NCBI GenBank assembly: GCA_013265495.1
Contig: MU058065.1
Coordinates: forward strand, 5,430,976-5,494,975
Reading direction: 5' to 3'
DNA length: 64,000 nt
Source: Vicugna vicugna
Lineage: Eukaryota
Within the stretch, counting starts at the first letter, position 1. Each line of letters opens with the position of its first letter. Both the position numbers and the translations under genes were made by a program. Positions 48,208-60,185 of this stretch are shown here, piece by piece. The notes under the pieces are model-generated. The model did no database searches. It was not told where the DNA came from and saw nothing but the letters and a program-made list of their open reading frames with translations.

Positions 48208-49829
48208 AGAACGTTGATGAAACGCCAACTACCACAAAGAAAGAAGCTCTAATGACATCAAGTCTGGAATCCTCAAACGGAATATTTTCAAGTCAGCATG
48301 GAAGCTTCTAGAAAAGGAGGCAACACATTTGTTTGTAACAATTCTGATTTTTCAAAAACCAACAGGCCACCCTGCCTCCACCGTACCGTTTGCTAAAGCA
48401 AGTGCCACATGGCACGTGCAGCTCCGTAGAAGGGACACAAAGGCATCTGTGTCCAGCCCTTCCAGGCCATCTAGGGGAGAGGGAAATCTGCTGCTGCGAA
48501 AGAACCTAAGTGCACGATGCCAACACCAATCGCCTTCCTCCACAACAGACTGGGTGCCCGGGCCAAAAATCACTCTCGGTTCTTTTTAATTCTGCCCTCC
48601 TTTATCCACTAAGACTGGGGGAAAATTATTGTGATTGGAATTAGACGGCCACCTGCAGCTAGATCTTTAGCTGTTATTAGGATTCTGTTTAAGCCCTTTC
48701 ACAACAAGCTCATTGAAAAAGTCAGTGGACTTTTGAAGTTGCCCAATACTATCTCTGGTGATTTTCTCAAGTTAACAACCTCAGTACTAGCCAATTGTGC
48801 TGGCAGGGGAAGGTGATAATCTCCTCCCCAGGGTCGTGGTCAGGAATTAAAGGGTCTGGGATAAATTACAGAAGTGATCTCTGCCAAAAACTCGTCTCCT
48901 TGATCTCGCCCCGTGTTTCCTCACTGTATTTTTATTTTAATACAATGTTCAGGTGCTTTTCTACCCTTCCTTTCCTAAATTCCTCCAATAATTCAGGCCT
49001 TGATGTCTTTCCCAAGCATCACACCCGCTCAGAGCTGGCCTCATGTGTGCACAATTTGGAGCGATGCCTCTAACCATTGCTTACTCACAAATTATTTCTG
49101 TGCAGTTACCTAACATTTCTTTCTAATGGAGAATGCACACACTTTCCCTTCGTTTTTAAACCCCCAACACTCCGACCTCCAACATCTACTACACATGTAA
49201 TCACAAGCCTTTATATTTGTTTATTCCTTTCCAGCTTAGGAGGAGGCTTCCTGTCCAAATTCCCCAGCTACAGTCACACAGTACTGTCACTGGGACTTGG
49301 GAAGGAGCCCGCCAGCTGTTTATTACCCAGTTCCCAGACAGGGAGCCAACTTTGGTTCCATTTTTCTGGATCAGTAGCTCAAAGAACTCAACCAAGTCTG
49401 AGCTGGTCTCCATGATGAATGACAAAGAGAGAGAATTCAAGCTTATCTCCAGTGGCCCAAGGCAGAGACCACAGAGCCAAAGCCCTAAGACTCAGAAGAG
49501 CCCCTTAATTCCTTGTAATGCTTAGGATGAAACTCAAAGGGCAGCCCCAGAGAACAGTCTTTGATCCCTCCAACTTTGCTCTCAGTTTTGCTCCTGCCAC
49601 AGCTGAGACCCATTCCACCAAATCCACGTTACACTGCTTTTCTTTGGGGACAAAGGAAGGGGTGGGTTTCTCTTTCTTTTTTGGTTCAATTTTTTTTCTA
49701 ATCAGTGGGTACCTAATCCTCTACTGTTAACACTTTTCTTTCCACAGAACTTAATATTAGGAGAGTTAAAACAATGGAAGAGTTCAAAGAAAAAACTCCT
49801 TTAAAAAAAAAAGAAGCAGCAGCCAATCC

Positions 49830-50030
49830 ACCAGGATTCAAATCCTGGCTTCACCACTTATGGGCTGGGTTGCTTCAGGCAAGTTTCTTGACATCTCTGA
49901 GCTTCAATTTTCTTGTCTCTAAAATGGAGCTAATAATAGTGCCTCCTTCACAGAGTCCTTACAAGGACCAAAGTAGTGAATAGACGGTTTCTAGCACCTA
50001 ATAAGCACTAGATGGTATTCTATTATTCTT
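49830..50030 (+). mobile_element. MIR SINE
   Basis: GGATTCAAATCCTGGCTTCACCACTTA...GGCAAGTT...TCTCTAAAATGGAGCTAATAATAGT. Confidence 0.85.
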
Positions 50031-51299
50031 TTGCCTGAATCACTAGGATAAAAATAAATAATAAATGAGCAATTTATTCTCCTGAGTACAATGAGCACCC
50101 AGCAGAGCCTAAGGGCTGTTGATGAGGTCCTACAGCCCTCCTCTGTAACGTGAGAAGTCTGCTCCTTCTCCTACAGAAGCTCCAATTATTAGAAAACCCA
50201 CAGAAAGTGAAGGCTATATTCTGAAATATAGTAATGACACACTGGTAAGTTTGGAAGAGCTAAGAAGGAAATCTGGATGCACCCTGCTCAAACATCAAAG
50301 GCAGGGGAACTCACAGGGCCTGCATGTTTCTGAAGGGCCTCTCTGATATTGACTACATCATGGGAGGATGGCACTGCCACCCCATCTTACAATGACACAG
50401 GCAGTTTCCAGCCAAGATTCCACAGCCTGTAAGTGACTGAAGAGGGATTCGAACCCAAAGCTCACTGACTCCAAAATCCATCCCTTCCACCATTCCCCTA
50501 CCAAACATATCAGAGAGAGGAAAGTAACCAAAGAAAATTGTTACTCTTTTATCAATGGCTGAGAGAAAGCAACTATCTAGTAACCCCAGAGAGATCTTCT
50601 GACACTGTTTTCATGCAAACTCACCATCCCCGAGCCCCCACCCTGGCCCCCAAATCATTAAATTGGAAATCAGAGAGCTAACAGGAATAAGGGAGGAGGG
50701 AAATCAAACTGGAGAACAAGCTAGACAGGTATACCATGTCTGCTAAAAATGCACCCTACGATGCTTCAGAAGCTTCTAGAACACTGAAACAGCCCCTGGA
50801 TTTCAAGAACCAGGACAGTAACGAAGGCTTAGCTGAGAAGTAGCCCGTACGGGGCTTGAGTTTGGTTTGGATTTCTGTTTTGGTTGTTATTGACTCTGCG
50901 ACTTGCAGGGACGTGAGCCTGCTTGCTACATCTAGGAAAATGCTGGGAAAACCTTTGCTCAAATGATCTGCAGATGCCACAAAGCACATCGTCACAGAAG
51001 AGTATGGGCCATAGTGAAGGCTTCTGGAAACCTAACTGAGGCTCCTCAGAGACCAGGACAGGGCCTGAGAGCTGGACACGGAGATGAAGTGAGCTCCAGA
51101 TCTGTCTACCTCATTCGTGTTGGCTTCTGAACTGCCTCACGCTGGCTGCTCACAGTGAGCTGGAACCAACAGCCTGGATCAGCCAGCGGGTGGGTGGATC
51201 TGTAGCTGGTTTCAGGGGTGTCGCCTGCCAGCCTGACTCTGCATCTCCACAGGGAGCAGATGTAGAAGCTGCATGCTTAGCTCAGGCCAGCGGGTACCC

Positions 51300-51700
51300 G
51301 GCCTCAGAACCAGCAGATACAGCCTTGGATCAGGGCTCATCTGCTTACTCCACTCCCCCCTCAGTTTCTTCATCTGTGAAATGGGGCAGCAAGATCTACC
51401 ACGGGGGTGTCTTGAGAATTAGATGAGGTAACCTTCATTACGCTTATTAGTGATGGTGACAGTAACAGCTGACATTCACTGAGAGCTTACAACCAGCCAG
51501 GCTACACATGACATGCTTTGCATTATGGTCTCATTCAATCCTTAGAATGGCCCCATGTACTGTGTTCCATTATTTTCCAATTTTTACAGATAAGGAAATT
51601 GAGAGGAAATGCAGACCTGGCTCAAGGTCACACAGACAGCAGGTGTCAGAGAGGGGAGCAGCGCCAGGCATTCCCCTCCAGAGCCGGTGTGCTCAGTGAC
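51300..51700. mobile_element. Two MIR fragments in opposite orientation
   Basis: CTCAGTTTCTTCATCTGTGAAATGGGG (+) then ATTTTTACAGATAAGGAAATTGAG...CAAGGTCACACAG (-). Confidence 0.7.
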
Positions 51701-51945
51701 TGGGATGCAGATATGGTTTCCACTCTGCCAGGCTCTGCACCACTCTCTTCATAGACATCCATCCTCCCCACCAATACTCTCCACACCGAGTGTCTTCTCC
51801 ACACCAGGCACCATTCGTGGGACTCAGAGGGACACGAAGATGAATAAGACATGATTTCTTCCCCACAGGGAGTCAGAGCTCAACCAAGGAAAGAGTCTAG
51901 GAGGCAGGCGGCCTTGATAAATGTGATGTGTGCTCTCCAGCAACA

Positions 51946-51960
51946 CCAGGAGGGGGCGCT
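51946..51960 (+). promoter_or_regulatory. Candidate CTCF binding motif
   Basis: CCAGGAGGGGGCGCT vs core CCASYAGRKGGCRS: one mismatch. Confidence 0.4.
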
Positions 51961-54027
51961 CGAGACCCAGCCCGGCAGCCGGGCACCTTCCTGAAGGAAG
52001 ACCTAACATCCGTGCACTTGGAGCACGTCAGGCACTAGTGGACACTGCCTCCTTTCCTCCCACCACAACCCTCCACGGATGGCACCATTACTAAGCTCAT
52101 TTGACAGATCAGAAAACTGAGGCTCAGAGATGTGTCCTCACTTGCTGGGGTTATGCAGTCAGTGTGGTAGAACCAGGATGCTCGACCGTGCGGCCTGGCC
52201 CCGTGCACGTGGTGCGCTAACCATTATACACACTACCTCCCATATGGGCCACATGTCATCTGCTCCACACGTCTTCCTGTCTCTTGATCCTCTTATCCAC
52301 CACCAGATGTTTGGAGAGTAGGAGCTACTACCTGACTTGGACAGGTAAGCCCGAGTCACGCTCAGTATCAGGCAGTGGGTTTGCCATGACTAGTGCTGCA
52401 GCAGGGGTCTCCCCTGACAAGGGCGCCTCGTGGCAGGAAGGTAACCTGCTAGCAGACGAGAGGAGAGCGCAGCCCTACCAGACACCCACTGACCCACTGG
52501 GCAGCCACGACTGAGACTCTCTCTCCGGGGACCCCCACTAGGCCCTCATGAAGTCAGAGGCACAGAGCTTCTCTGTTTCAGCCATTCCACTCCCCCGTCA
52601 GGGGGCATCACACACAGAAAGGATGCGTTTCCCGCTCTGTGCTGTGGACCACTATTCAGTGGTGTCCTCTCGGCCCCGAAAATGCACGGTCATTAGCAAA
52701 GGGCCAGGATGAGCCACTGTGGAGAAGAGAGGTGGGGGACCTGCGATGTGCACCAACTTCTCCTGCCAGGGTCTGCTTAAAGTCAGAGAGAGGAGCAAGA
52801 ACCTTCCAAAGGGCCCTCCAGGAATCTGCGGTCTCCCTGAGGAAACCACAAAACTCACAGGCGATAGTCGAAGATAGTTCAGTGCCAAAATGAGCACCCA
52901 CCAGGCAACCCTGAGTATGTCAAGATTCTGAGACAAAAGGAAGCCCCATGGTGCTGGCTGGAAAGATGCTATGAACTAGGTGCAGAGTGAGCTGCACCCA
53001 GAAGCATATGGTGCAGTTCAGAATTTTCTAGAGACCCTGCTGAGGGCCTTCAACACTGCTCCTCATCCGAGGACAAGACAACCGTTGTGTCAGCTACAAG
53101 TCTCTCTGCAACATCTCCCTCCATCTTTTCTGTCTCAGACACTGCCCCGTAGGGGAGCCAGGGATGCCATGAACCCAGACAACTCCCAGCATCATTCTGC
53201 TTCCTCTCGCCCTGGAAGCCAGTTATCTGGTGTGGATTTATCATCCAGGTACCCACAGTGATCAGGGGAACCAGGCCTTGCCACATGAGGGCCTGGTACT
53301 GTCTTAGTCCTGTTTCAAATCAACATAAGCAATATTCAAGGCACATCTTGTAGGAAACTGAAAAATAAAATCAAAAGATATCTACCTTATAGCCAATAAA
53401 ATATGAGGCTCCCTCTTCAAAATTCAGCCTTTTTCTGCACCCAGTTTTACTGTGTAATGGACGCAGCTTCTTAACAGGGCAGACAAAAGGGATGCTACTG
53501 GCTTCCCTGCGTAGTACTGAAAGTAATAGGGGCGGGAGGAAAGGCACGTAATTGTTTCCCCCATCCGAGCTCGGCAACCTCACTTAGAGCTTTGCTGTTC
53601 TCTGGCGGCTGGAATGTGAGCTTGATTTCTAGCCTGGAAAACAGAGCCCCATTCCCGACAGCAGCTCGGCCCTCAGCAGCTCCTCTCCCTTTGTTCACCT
53701 GGCAGAGATGCCGGGTGCAGAGCCCTGGGGTCCCACTGCAAGTCTCATCTACAGTGGTTTGCAGGATGAACATAAAGTGAGTGCTGTCCCCAAAGAGCCG
53801 AAGGTCACGGTACAGGAGACGAGATTTATAGAGTGCTTCCAACAGCTCCATTGGCTCCCATGCAGGAAAGAATGCCTGTGTCCCAGTGGCACATTCTAGT
53901 CGTTTTTCCTGCTGAAGAGATGTATGAGATGGCAAGCAACCACTGGACACTGTGCCAGGACTGGGACAAACGAACAGTTCCTGCTGCTCCTGCCTACATT
54001 TTCTTGGACTTTAACTGTTTGTCGCCC

Positions 54028-54416
54028 TGTTAAAAAAGAGACAGCAGGCCCACAATGGGGTCATTTATGCTAAGCCCACATCACCAAACCAAGACTTGAT
54101 ACCTAACTTAATTACAGTTTCAACTTCTCCCGGGAGTAGCATCCTAAACCAGCCTGGAATGACCTGGTCAACGCTAGAAGGGTGACCTGCCAGATCAGCC
54201 CCCTGCCATCACCTAAATGAAGGTGACCTTGCCACAGACAATCCACTCTTTGTTGATAACTTCCTTGCCCTGCCCCCTTCTCTCTGTAAAGTCTTTCATT
54301 TGGTACAGCTCTTCAGAGCTCCCTTCTATCTGCTGGATGGGATGCTGCCCAGTTCATGAATCAATGAATACAGCCAACAAGGTCTTTACCATTTACTCAG
54401 TTGGATTTTTTTAACA
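54028..54416 (+). mobile_element. ERV1 (MER4-group-like) solo LTR
   Basis: TGTTAAAAAA...TTTTTTAACA termini; approximate 4-bp TSD GCCC/GCCT; TCATGAATCAATGAATACAGCCAA near the polyA-signal position. Confidence 0.75.
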
Positions 54417-55664
54417 GCCTTAAATTTTATTTCTATGCTCATGACACTTCAACCCTAGCAAGGTAATTTGGTGGGGAATCATATTTTAAGAGATCTATCT
54501 AAATGCTCCCTGGGTTTCCACACATTTCTGGATCACTTTTATCACTGGTAGATGGGACCAGTATGTGAGCAATCATCCTGATTCATTAGCACCCTGAAAT
54601 TCAGACAAGCTGAACAGAACAAATTAAGTTGAAATCATAGCTGTAAAACAAAACCATGTGTTGCATTCCATGCCCCAGGCTGACCTTTGAGAAAAGGCAG
54701 CACTCGAATCTGGGTACCCAGCAATCTCCTTTCTCCTACACCCTGAGGATATCCTCACCTCTGAGGTCTGTTTCTTAAAAACTCTGGTTCTGGAATCCCA
54801 AGATCAGCAAACTGTGACCTTGGGCACATCATTGTATGCATTAAGACACAAATTTGACCAAATCCAAAGCAACTAAAAATAGGAGAATCCATCAGAGGTC
54901 TCCCAAGTGACACTCACTAATTTGTCCATCTTACTGGTTTCTATGTAGAAGACTATGTGAAAACCTTAGAAGAGACAGGAACCAGAAAATCAACTTTTCT
55001 TCTCTCAAAGGCCAGCACAGAGTGTAAAACACATTCAAAGAAAAGCCTGCCAGCCAAGGGTGCTGGGCTACCTCCCTCAGGTCAGGGAGCTCTTTACTGA
55101 GACGTTGGGGAGGAGGCGCTCACACCTCCTGAAGGTGCCCCGGGCACCTCATACACATCTTCTTACCAGAAACTCTATTAAGTCGGTACCACTGTCACCT
55201 CTCCTTATTTTGCAAATGAGAAAACAGATTTAGCTGTGCTGAGCAATTGTGAGAGTCACTTACCAAGAGGAGGAAGGGTCTAAGGTCTGCCTGATCCTAA
55301 AGTAGATGCCGCCTCAGATTGTGACACCAAAGAGCCAATTTCATATTAAAGGGCTGTCAACAGAGGAATACAACACAAATATAAGGGATGTGGCCAGAAA
55401 GGATTTTACATTTTTTGCACCAGCTACTATTTCAGTAGTATAGCTGACTCAATTTCCCTTTTGACAATCCTCCATTTAACAGTAAGTGTTGCTGAAAGTA
55501 GACAGTGACTACACTACGCAAGAAGTCAGATTTGCCTTCAGCAGCAGCTCCGTGTTCATAAACTGGAAAAATAAATAAATAAACTGGCCCAAGAGCACCA
55601 TCCAGTAGACCCTTGACCTCACAGTGAACTTGGTTTTGTGGAAGAAGGACACACAACCTGGATT

Positions 55665-55825
55665 CTAGTCTCAACCAGACTGTGAAGTTCCTGAGGGCAG
55701 GACCCCTACCTAAGCCATCCACATGTCCCCAGCACCCAGCAGAGTACCTGGCACACAGTGGATCCTCGATACACATTTGTTTGGTGAATGAATGGATGAG
55801 TGAATGAATGAATGAATGAACAGAG
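55665..55825 (+). mobile_element. L2 3' end with (TGAA)n tail
   Basis: GACTGTGAAGTTCCTGAGGGCAGG...CCTGGCACACAG...TGAATGAATG. Confidence 0.85.
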
Positions 55826-55874
55826 ATTCTGATTACATAGAAGGCGTTTATGTGGAATGGAAGGAATGGAAAAC

Positions 55875-56075
55875 GCTGGCCTAGGGATCTGAAGACTTGT
55901 GTTCAAGCTCTGGCTCTGATGTGAATCAGCTGAGCAGTGTCTCTGCAAGTCAGTAAACCTTCTCTGAGTCTACATCCTCATCTGTCCCAATGGGGTAAAA
56001 GCACTTCGGCATCCATCTTATAGGGAGGCTATATTAAACAAAGCAATATTTACGGATGAACGTGGTTTAAATCTA
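55875..56075 (+). mobile_element. MIR SINE
   Basis: GTTCAAGCTCTGGCTCTG...GCAAGTCAGTAAACCTTCTCTGAG...CCTCATCTG. Confidence 0.7.
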
Positions 56076-56771
56076 TTCAAATACAAGTTATACCACTGTA
56101 TGATATAGAGTCAAGGAACCACAGTGTGTCACAGCCAAAGCCACTGCTTTACAGATGGAAAAACTGAAGCCCAAAGAGAAGAAGGATAAGGCCCCAGGCC
56201 ACTGGCCTGATAACATATTGTCTAAGCTTGTGGTGCCAGAGTCAGCAGATCTTCTTCAGGCTGAGTCTACATCACCCACTTCACTGGGTGGGCCATAAGC
56301 TTTTCTCAAATGGGATACACCCTAGAAGCACACTGGGGTGGAAGATCCTTCCTATATGCCTGTCTCTGTCTTCTGAACCCATTTGGGGCTGTTGAGCAAA
56401 GTTTTCCAGAACATGGAAAATAAGTTCCAAGCACAGCCATCAGCTCTTCTATGATATGTGAGCAGCTTCACAGTCTGGCCCAGTTTCTCTCTCAATGTCC
56501 ACCCCTCCCCAGGGGACTCCTCTGCTCCTGCCAGGCTGGTCTCCTCACCATCCTCTGATGTGCTCCACACATGCCAACCTTTGTGACTCCAGCCACATCA
56601 TCCTTCCCTATTTCCCTCCCCAACCTTGGAGCCCAGCCCTCCAGTTCTCCATCCAGGTACCACACATCCTTGAGAAAAAGCTCAAGTCCCACCACTGCCA
56701 AGATGTCCACCCTGACTACCCCAACCCACAGTCTTTCTCTCCTTCCTCCAGCCAGCCCACACATTGATGTC

Positions 56772-57233
56772 TGCTGTGGAACGAATCACGTCCCCTAAAA
56801 GGATATACTGAAGTCCTAACCCCGGCACCTGTGAATGTGACTTTATTTTTGGAATAAGGTCTCTGCAGATACAATCAAATTCAGATGAGGTCATACTGGA
56901 AGAGGGTGGGCCTTAAATCCAATGACAGGTGTCCTTATATGGAGGGAGATTTGAAGACACAGAGGAGACACAGGGAAGAAGGCCATGTGAGGACACAGGC
57001 AAAGACTGGAGTTATGCCATCACAAGCCAAGGAACACCAAAGATAGCCAGCAACTAGTATAGATGGAAAAGGCAGGGAAGGGCTCATCCCTAGAGCTTCC
57101 AGGAAGAGCATGGCCCTGCCAACACCTTTATTTTGGACTTCTAGTCTCCCGAACAGTGAGAAAATAAGTTTCTGTGGTCTTAAACCACTGACTTTGAGAT
57201 ACAGTGTGATATCAACCCTAGGAGACCAGCGCA
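56772..57233 (+). mobile_element. MaLR solo LTR, MLT1C-like
   Basis: GAAGTCCTAACCCC...TGAATGTGAC...GATGAGGTCATACTGG...CAAGCCAAGGAACACC...GGCCCTGCCAACACC. Confidence 0.88.
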
Positions 57234-58209
57234 ACATCTCAGGCCATTCCCTGGGCTTGTGCATACCTGGCTCACCATGTCCTCCTGGTCATCTTCTTGG
57301 AAGCACATCATAGGTCTGTGAACTGCCTGAGGTTAGGAACTGCTTCTCAAACATCTCTGTAGTCTCCCCACTGCCTAATGCCCAGAGGCTTGACAGATTT
57401 AATTTCGAGCACAGTAACCCTCAACATTCCATCAGGAACAGGGGCTGCATTAGAAAGGACACTTGCTCTCTACTTGGATTCAACAAGTTCTAGCAACGTG
57501 ACAAAACAGAGTTTGGGTGCCCATTTCTTAGAGAATACAACCCTGCTTTCCAGCTGCAATTCAGTAGCTCCAACTGATTGAAACAAGCTGACCCAAACCT
57601 TCCCTTCCACCTAATCTCACCAAGCCGTAAACCAAATGCAGTCCAAACTGTCGGCCCTTGCCCCTGCCCTCCAGCCTGGCCTAGCTCTGCCCTTACCTTC
57701 CATCATCACTACCAGCATGCACACCCCTACGCACTCTCACTCACCTATGGTATAATTAAATTGGACTTGACTCTGCGTTGTGGTCCCTCTCAATCTTCAG
57801 AGTCAAATCCTATGTGGAGTTAACTTTGAAATTCAACGACCCAGTCTCAGCATACCTAGACAGAGAGATGACCACAAGTACAATAGTGCTGGCCACGCTG
57901 CCAGCCATCCCACTCTGGTCCCTTGTACGTGAGCTGAGAAAGGAGAACCTGCATTCCCCTCAGCAGGTGTTAATTAGAACAGGCCTCTGATTTTTCCAGC
58001 ATCTCACCACACTGAACATGCAGCCAGTGTTTAAAGATCAACATGTTTCAGGCAATGTGCCCCAAGGGCAAGCCACTACTGCCACTTGTGCTAGACACAA
58101 GAAGCAATACGAAGAGCAAATTTGGTTATACATGATTTTTGCCTAAACCCCTGAGTAGTGTGTGACTCACAGATATTGTTTCCCCTCTTCTCTGCCCTCC
58201 TCATCCTCT

Positions 58210-58645
58210 CCTACATCTGGATCATCCCCTGGCCTGCCTCTCTTTGAATCTAAACCCTCCCCAATTTTCAACATTCAGTTCAAACATGGTCTCCTCCAAT
58301 AAACTTTCTGTCATTCCAGGTAATCACACAGTCTCTTAGCTCCCACTGAAACCTCTCTTTTGGCAGATGATCATAAGTACCTTACTTCATGGGTATTTGG
58401 ATATATTTTTTATCTACTAGTTAGCCCCAGACTTGAAGGCTCTTGAGAGCAAAGATCAGGTCTTAAAATTTCTCCCTTTCAGTTCTCGGAATTAAATAAG
58501 AAAATGTACTTAAAGGGCCTACGTGATGCCTGGCATGTGATATGTGCTCCACAAATCCACAGTTGTGCATCTTCATAACCCCTGGAACACCTTGAAATTC
58601 CGCTGAATCTTGCAGCTGCCTAATAAATGTTTGTTGAACACACAA
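58210..58645 (+). mobile_element. L2 3' region fragments
   Basis: GAAGGCTCTTGAGAGCAAAGA...TGCCTGGCATG...AATAAATGTTTGTTGAA. Confidence 0.6.
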
Positions 58646-60175
58646 ATCAACACGTATACATGGTGGTCTTTCAACTATGATCACTGAGTACAATTTGAAT
58701 ATTTTCATTTTCCTCCGTCATTTTTGTGGACCCATACAGATGATTTCTGATACACATCTCTTAGGTTGAAAGCAATATGGTGATGCCAGCAGCACGCAGT
58801 GGAAAGCCAGCATCACCCAGTAGTCAGGCCAGAAGTTATCATCTAAGACCCCTGCCATAATCTGAGACCTCAAGCACAGGCTGGACAAAAAACAAGCAGC
58901 ACCCTAGCCAACCACTACGCCAGTTAATGAATTCAGTCCTTGTACAGAAACACTGTGCAAGTCATCCTTACTTTTGCACCCATCTCACACCTTTGATAGT
59001 CTCTTGTTAATGTCAAATGTCTTCATTCATATCTATCACCATGTTTCTTAGCGAGTTTAAATCCACGGAGGTTGAACCCAATGGGCACATTGGGAAGTGT
59101 GCACAGAGCTGGCATCTCTTGATGCCATAATTATCAGAAGCTGAATGAATTCTAAATGTTTCTGAGAGGGGTAGCAGAGAACAGATATAAGAAGTCGCCT
59201 CCTTCATCCCTACTGATGACAGCATAGTATACACTTCCCCTCTCTTGAAAAGGAGTCTGAAGAGTCTCCAAACTCCACAGACAGCTGGTCACCCCAGAGC
59301 CTTTCCACTAACCCTTCAGATGCAGCAGGCTTGCCCTCAGCATCGGGTTACCCCTGTTTACATTTACAAAAGAAAAGCCAGCCCAGAGCCCAGGACCCCC
59401 CTGGCAGAGCCCTGATTTCACACACATTTTCCCCAGATTCCTATTGGTTTGGCTGGAAACCACATATTAAAACCCACCAATCTTTCCACTTGAGCCTGAT
59501 GAAAGCTTCAGCAGAAACAGCTGCACTTCACATGTGGTTTAAGTTAATATCTTATCCCGACAGTTTAACTCTAGCTGGCTGGGCTGCTTTTGTAATATTC
59601 ACAATCCTCTTTTGTTTCACATTAAGAATATGTCTTTCATTACTCGCCAGAGCAGAGGAACACAATGAGGCTGGTAGCACTTCATTTCTGAAATGTCTGA
59701 AATAATTGTTTATATTTTGTGTGACTCGAGGAACCCTCCACATTAGGGATCTCAGATGCGTATGAAAGTGTTAAGCAACGCTAACGCGAACACTGCACAA
59801 CCTATGTGGAACACTTTCCTATTAAAAAAGTAAAGCCACAAACTAATAGCTCAGATTCAGTTTCTAAATCTCAAAGCTCGTTGAGTCGAGCAACATGATA
59901 AGTTCATTGTTTTGTTTCCCCCAGTGGTTCTCAAAACTATCCCGTCCCTTCAGCATATAGGAAGGTTGATCAGTACGTGGCTAATTTCACAAGCAGGCGC
60001 ACCACACACATATGCACACATGTACTTCATAACCATACGGGGTACAATTAACCTTCAAGTTCACAGAAATCACGCCACTCTGGTCTCCCTGGCAAAATAC
60101 ATCTCAGGTTCTGAGGTTTTTCCATAGCGGCTCCTCCTTGTAGGATGTGATATAATCTAGGTGCACCTCTACCGC

Positions 60176-60185
60176 ATGACGTCAT
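60176..60185. promoter_or_regulatory. Full palindromic CRE/ATF site
   Basis: ATGACGTCAT seen directly in non-repetitive sequence; function unproven. Confidence 0.35.

Noticed and set aside
48463..48480. CTCF-like GGCCATCTAGGGGAG
   Set aside because: Register shift and loss of the GGC core give a poor match
53495..53950. 151-aa minus-strand ORF
   Set aside because: No recognisable homology; several overlapping frames are open, consistent with base composition alone
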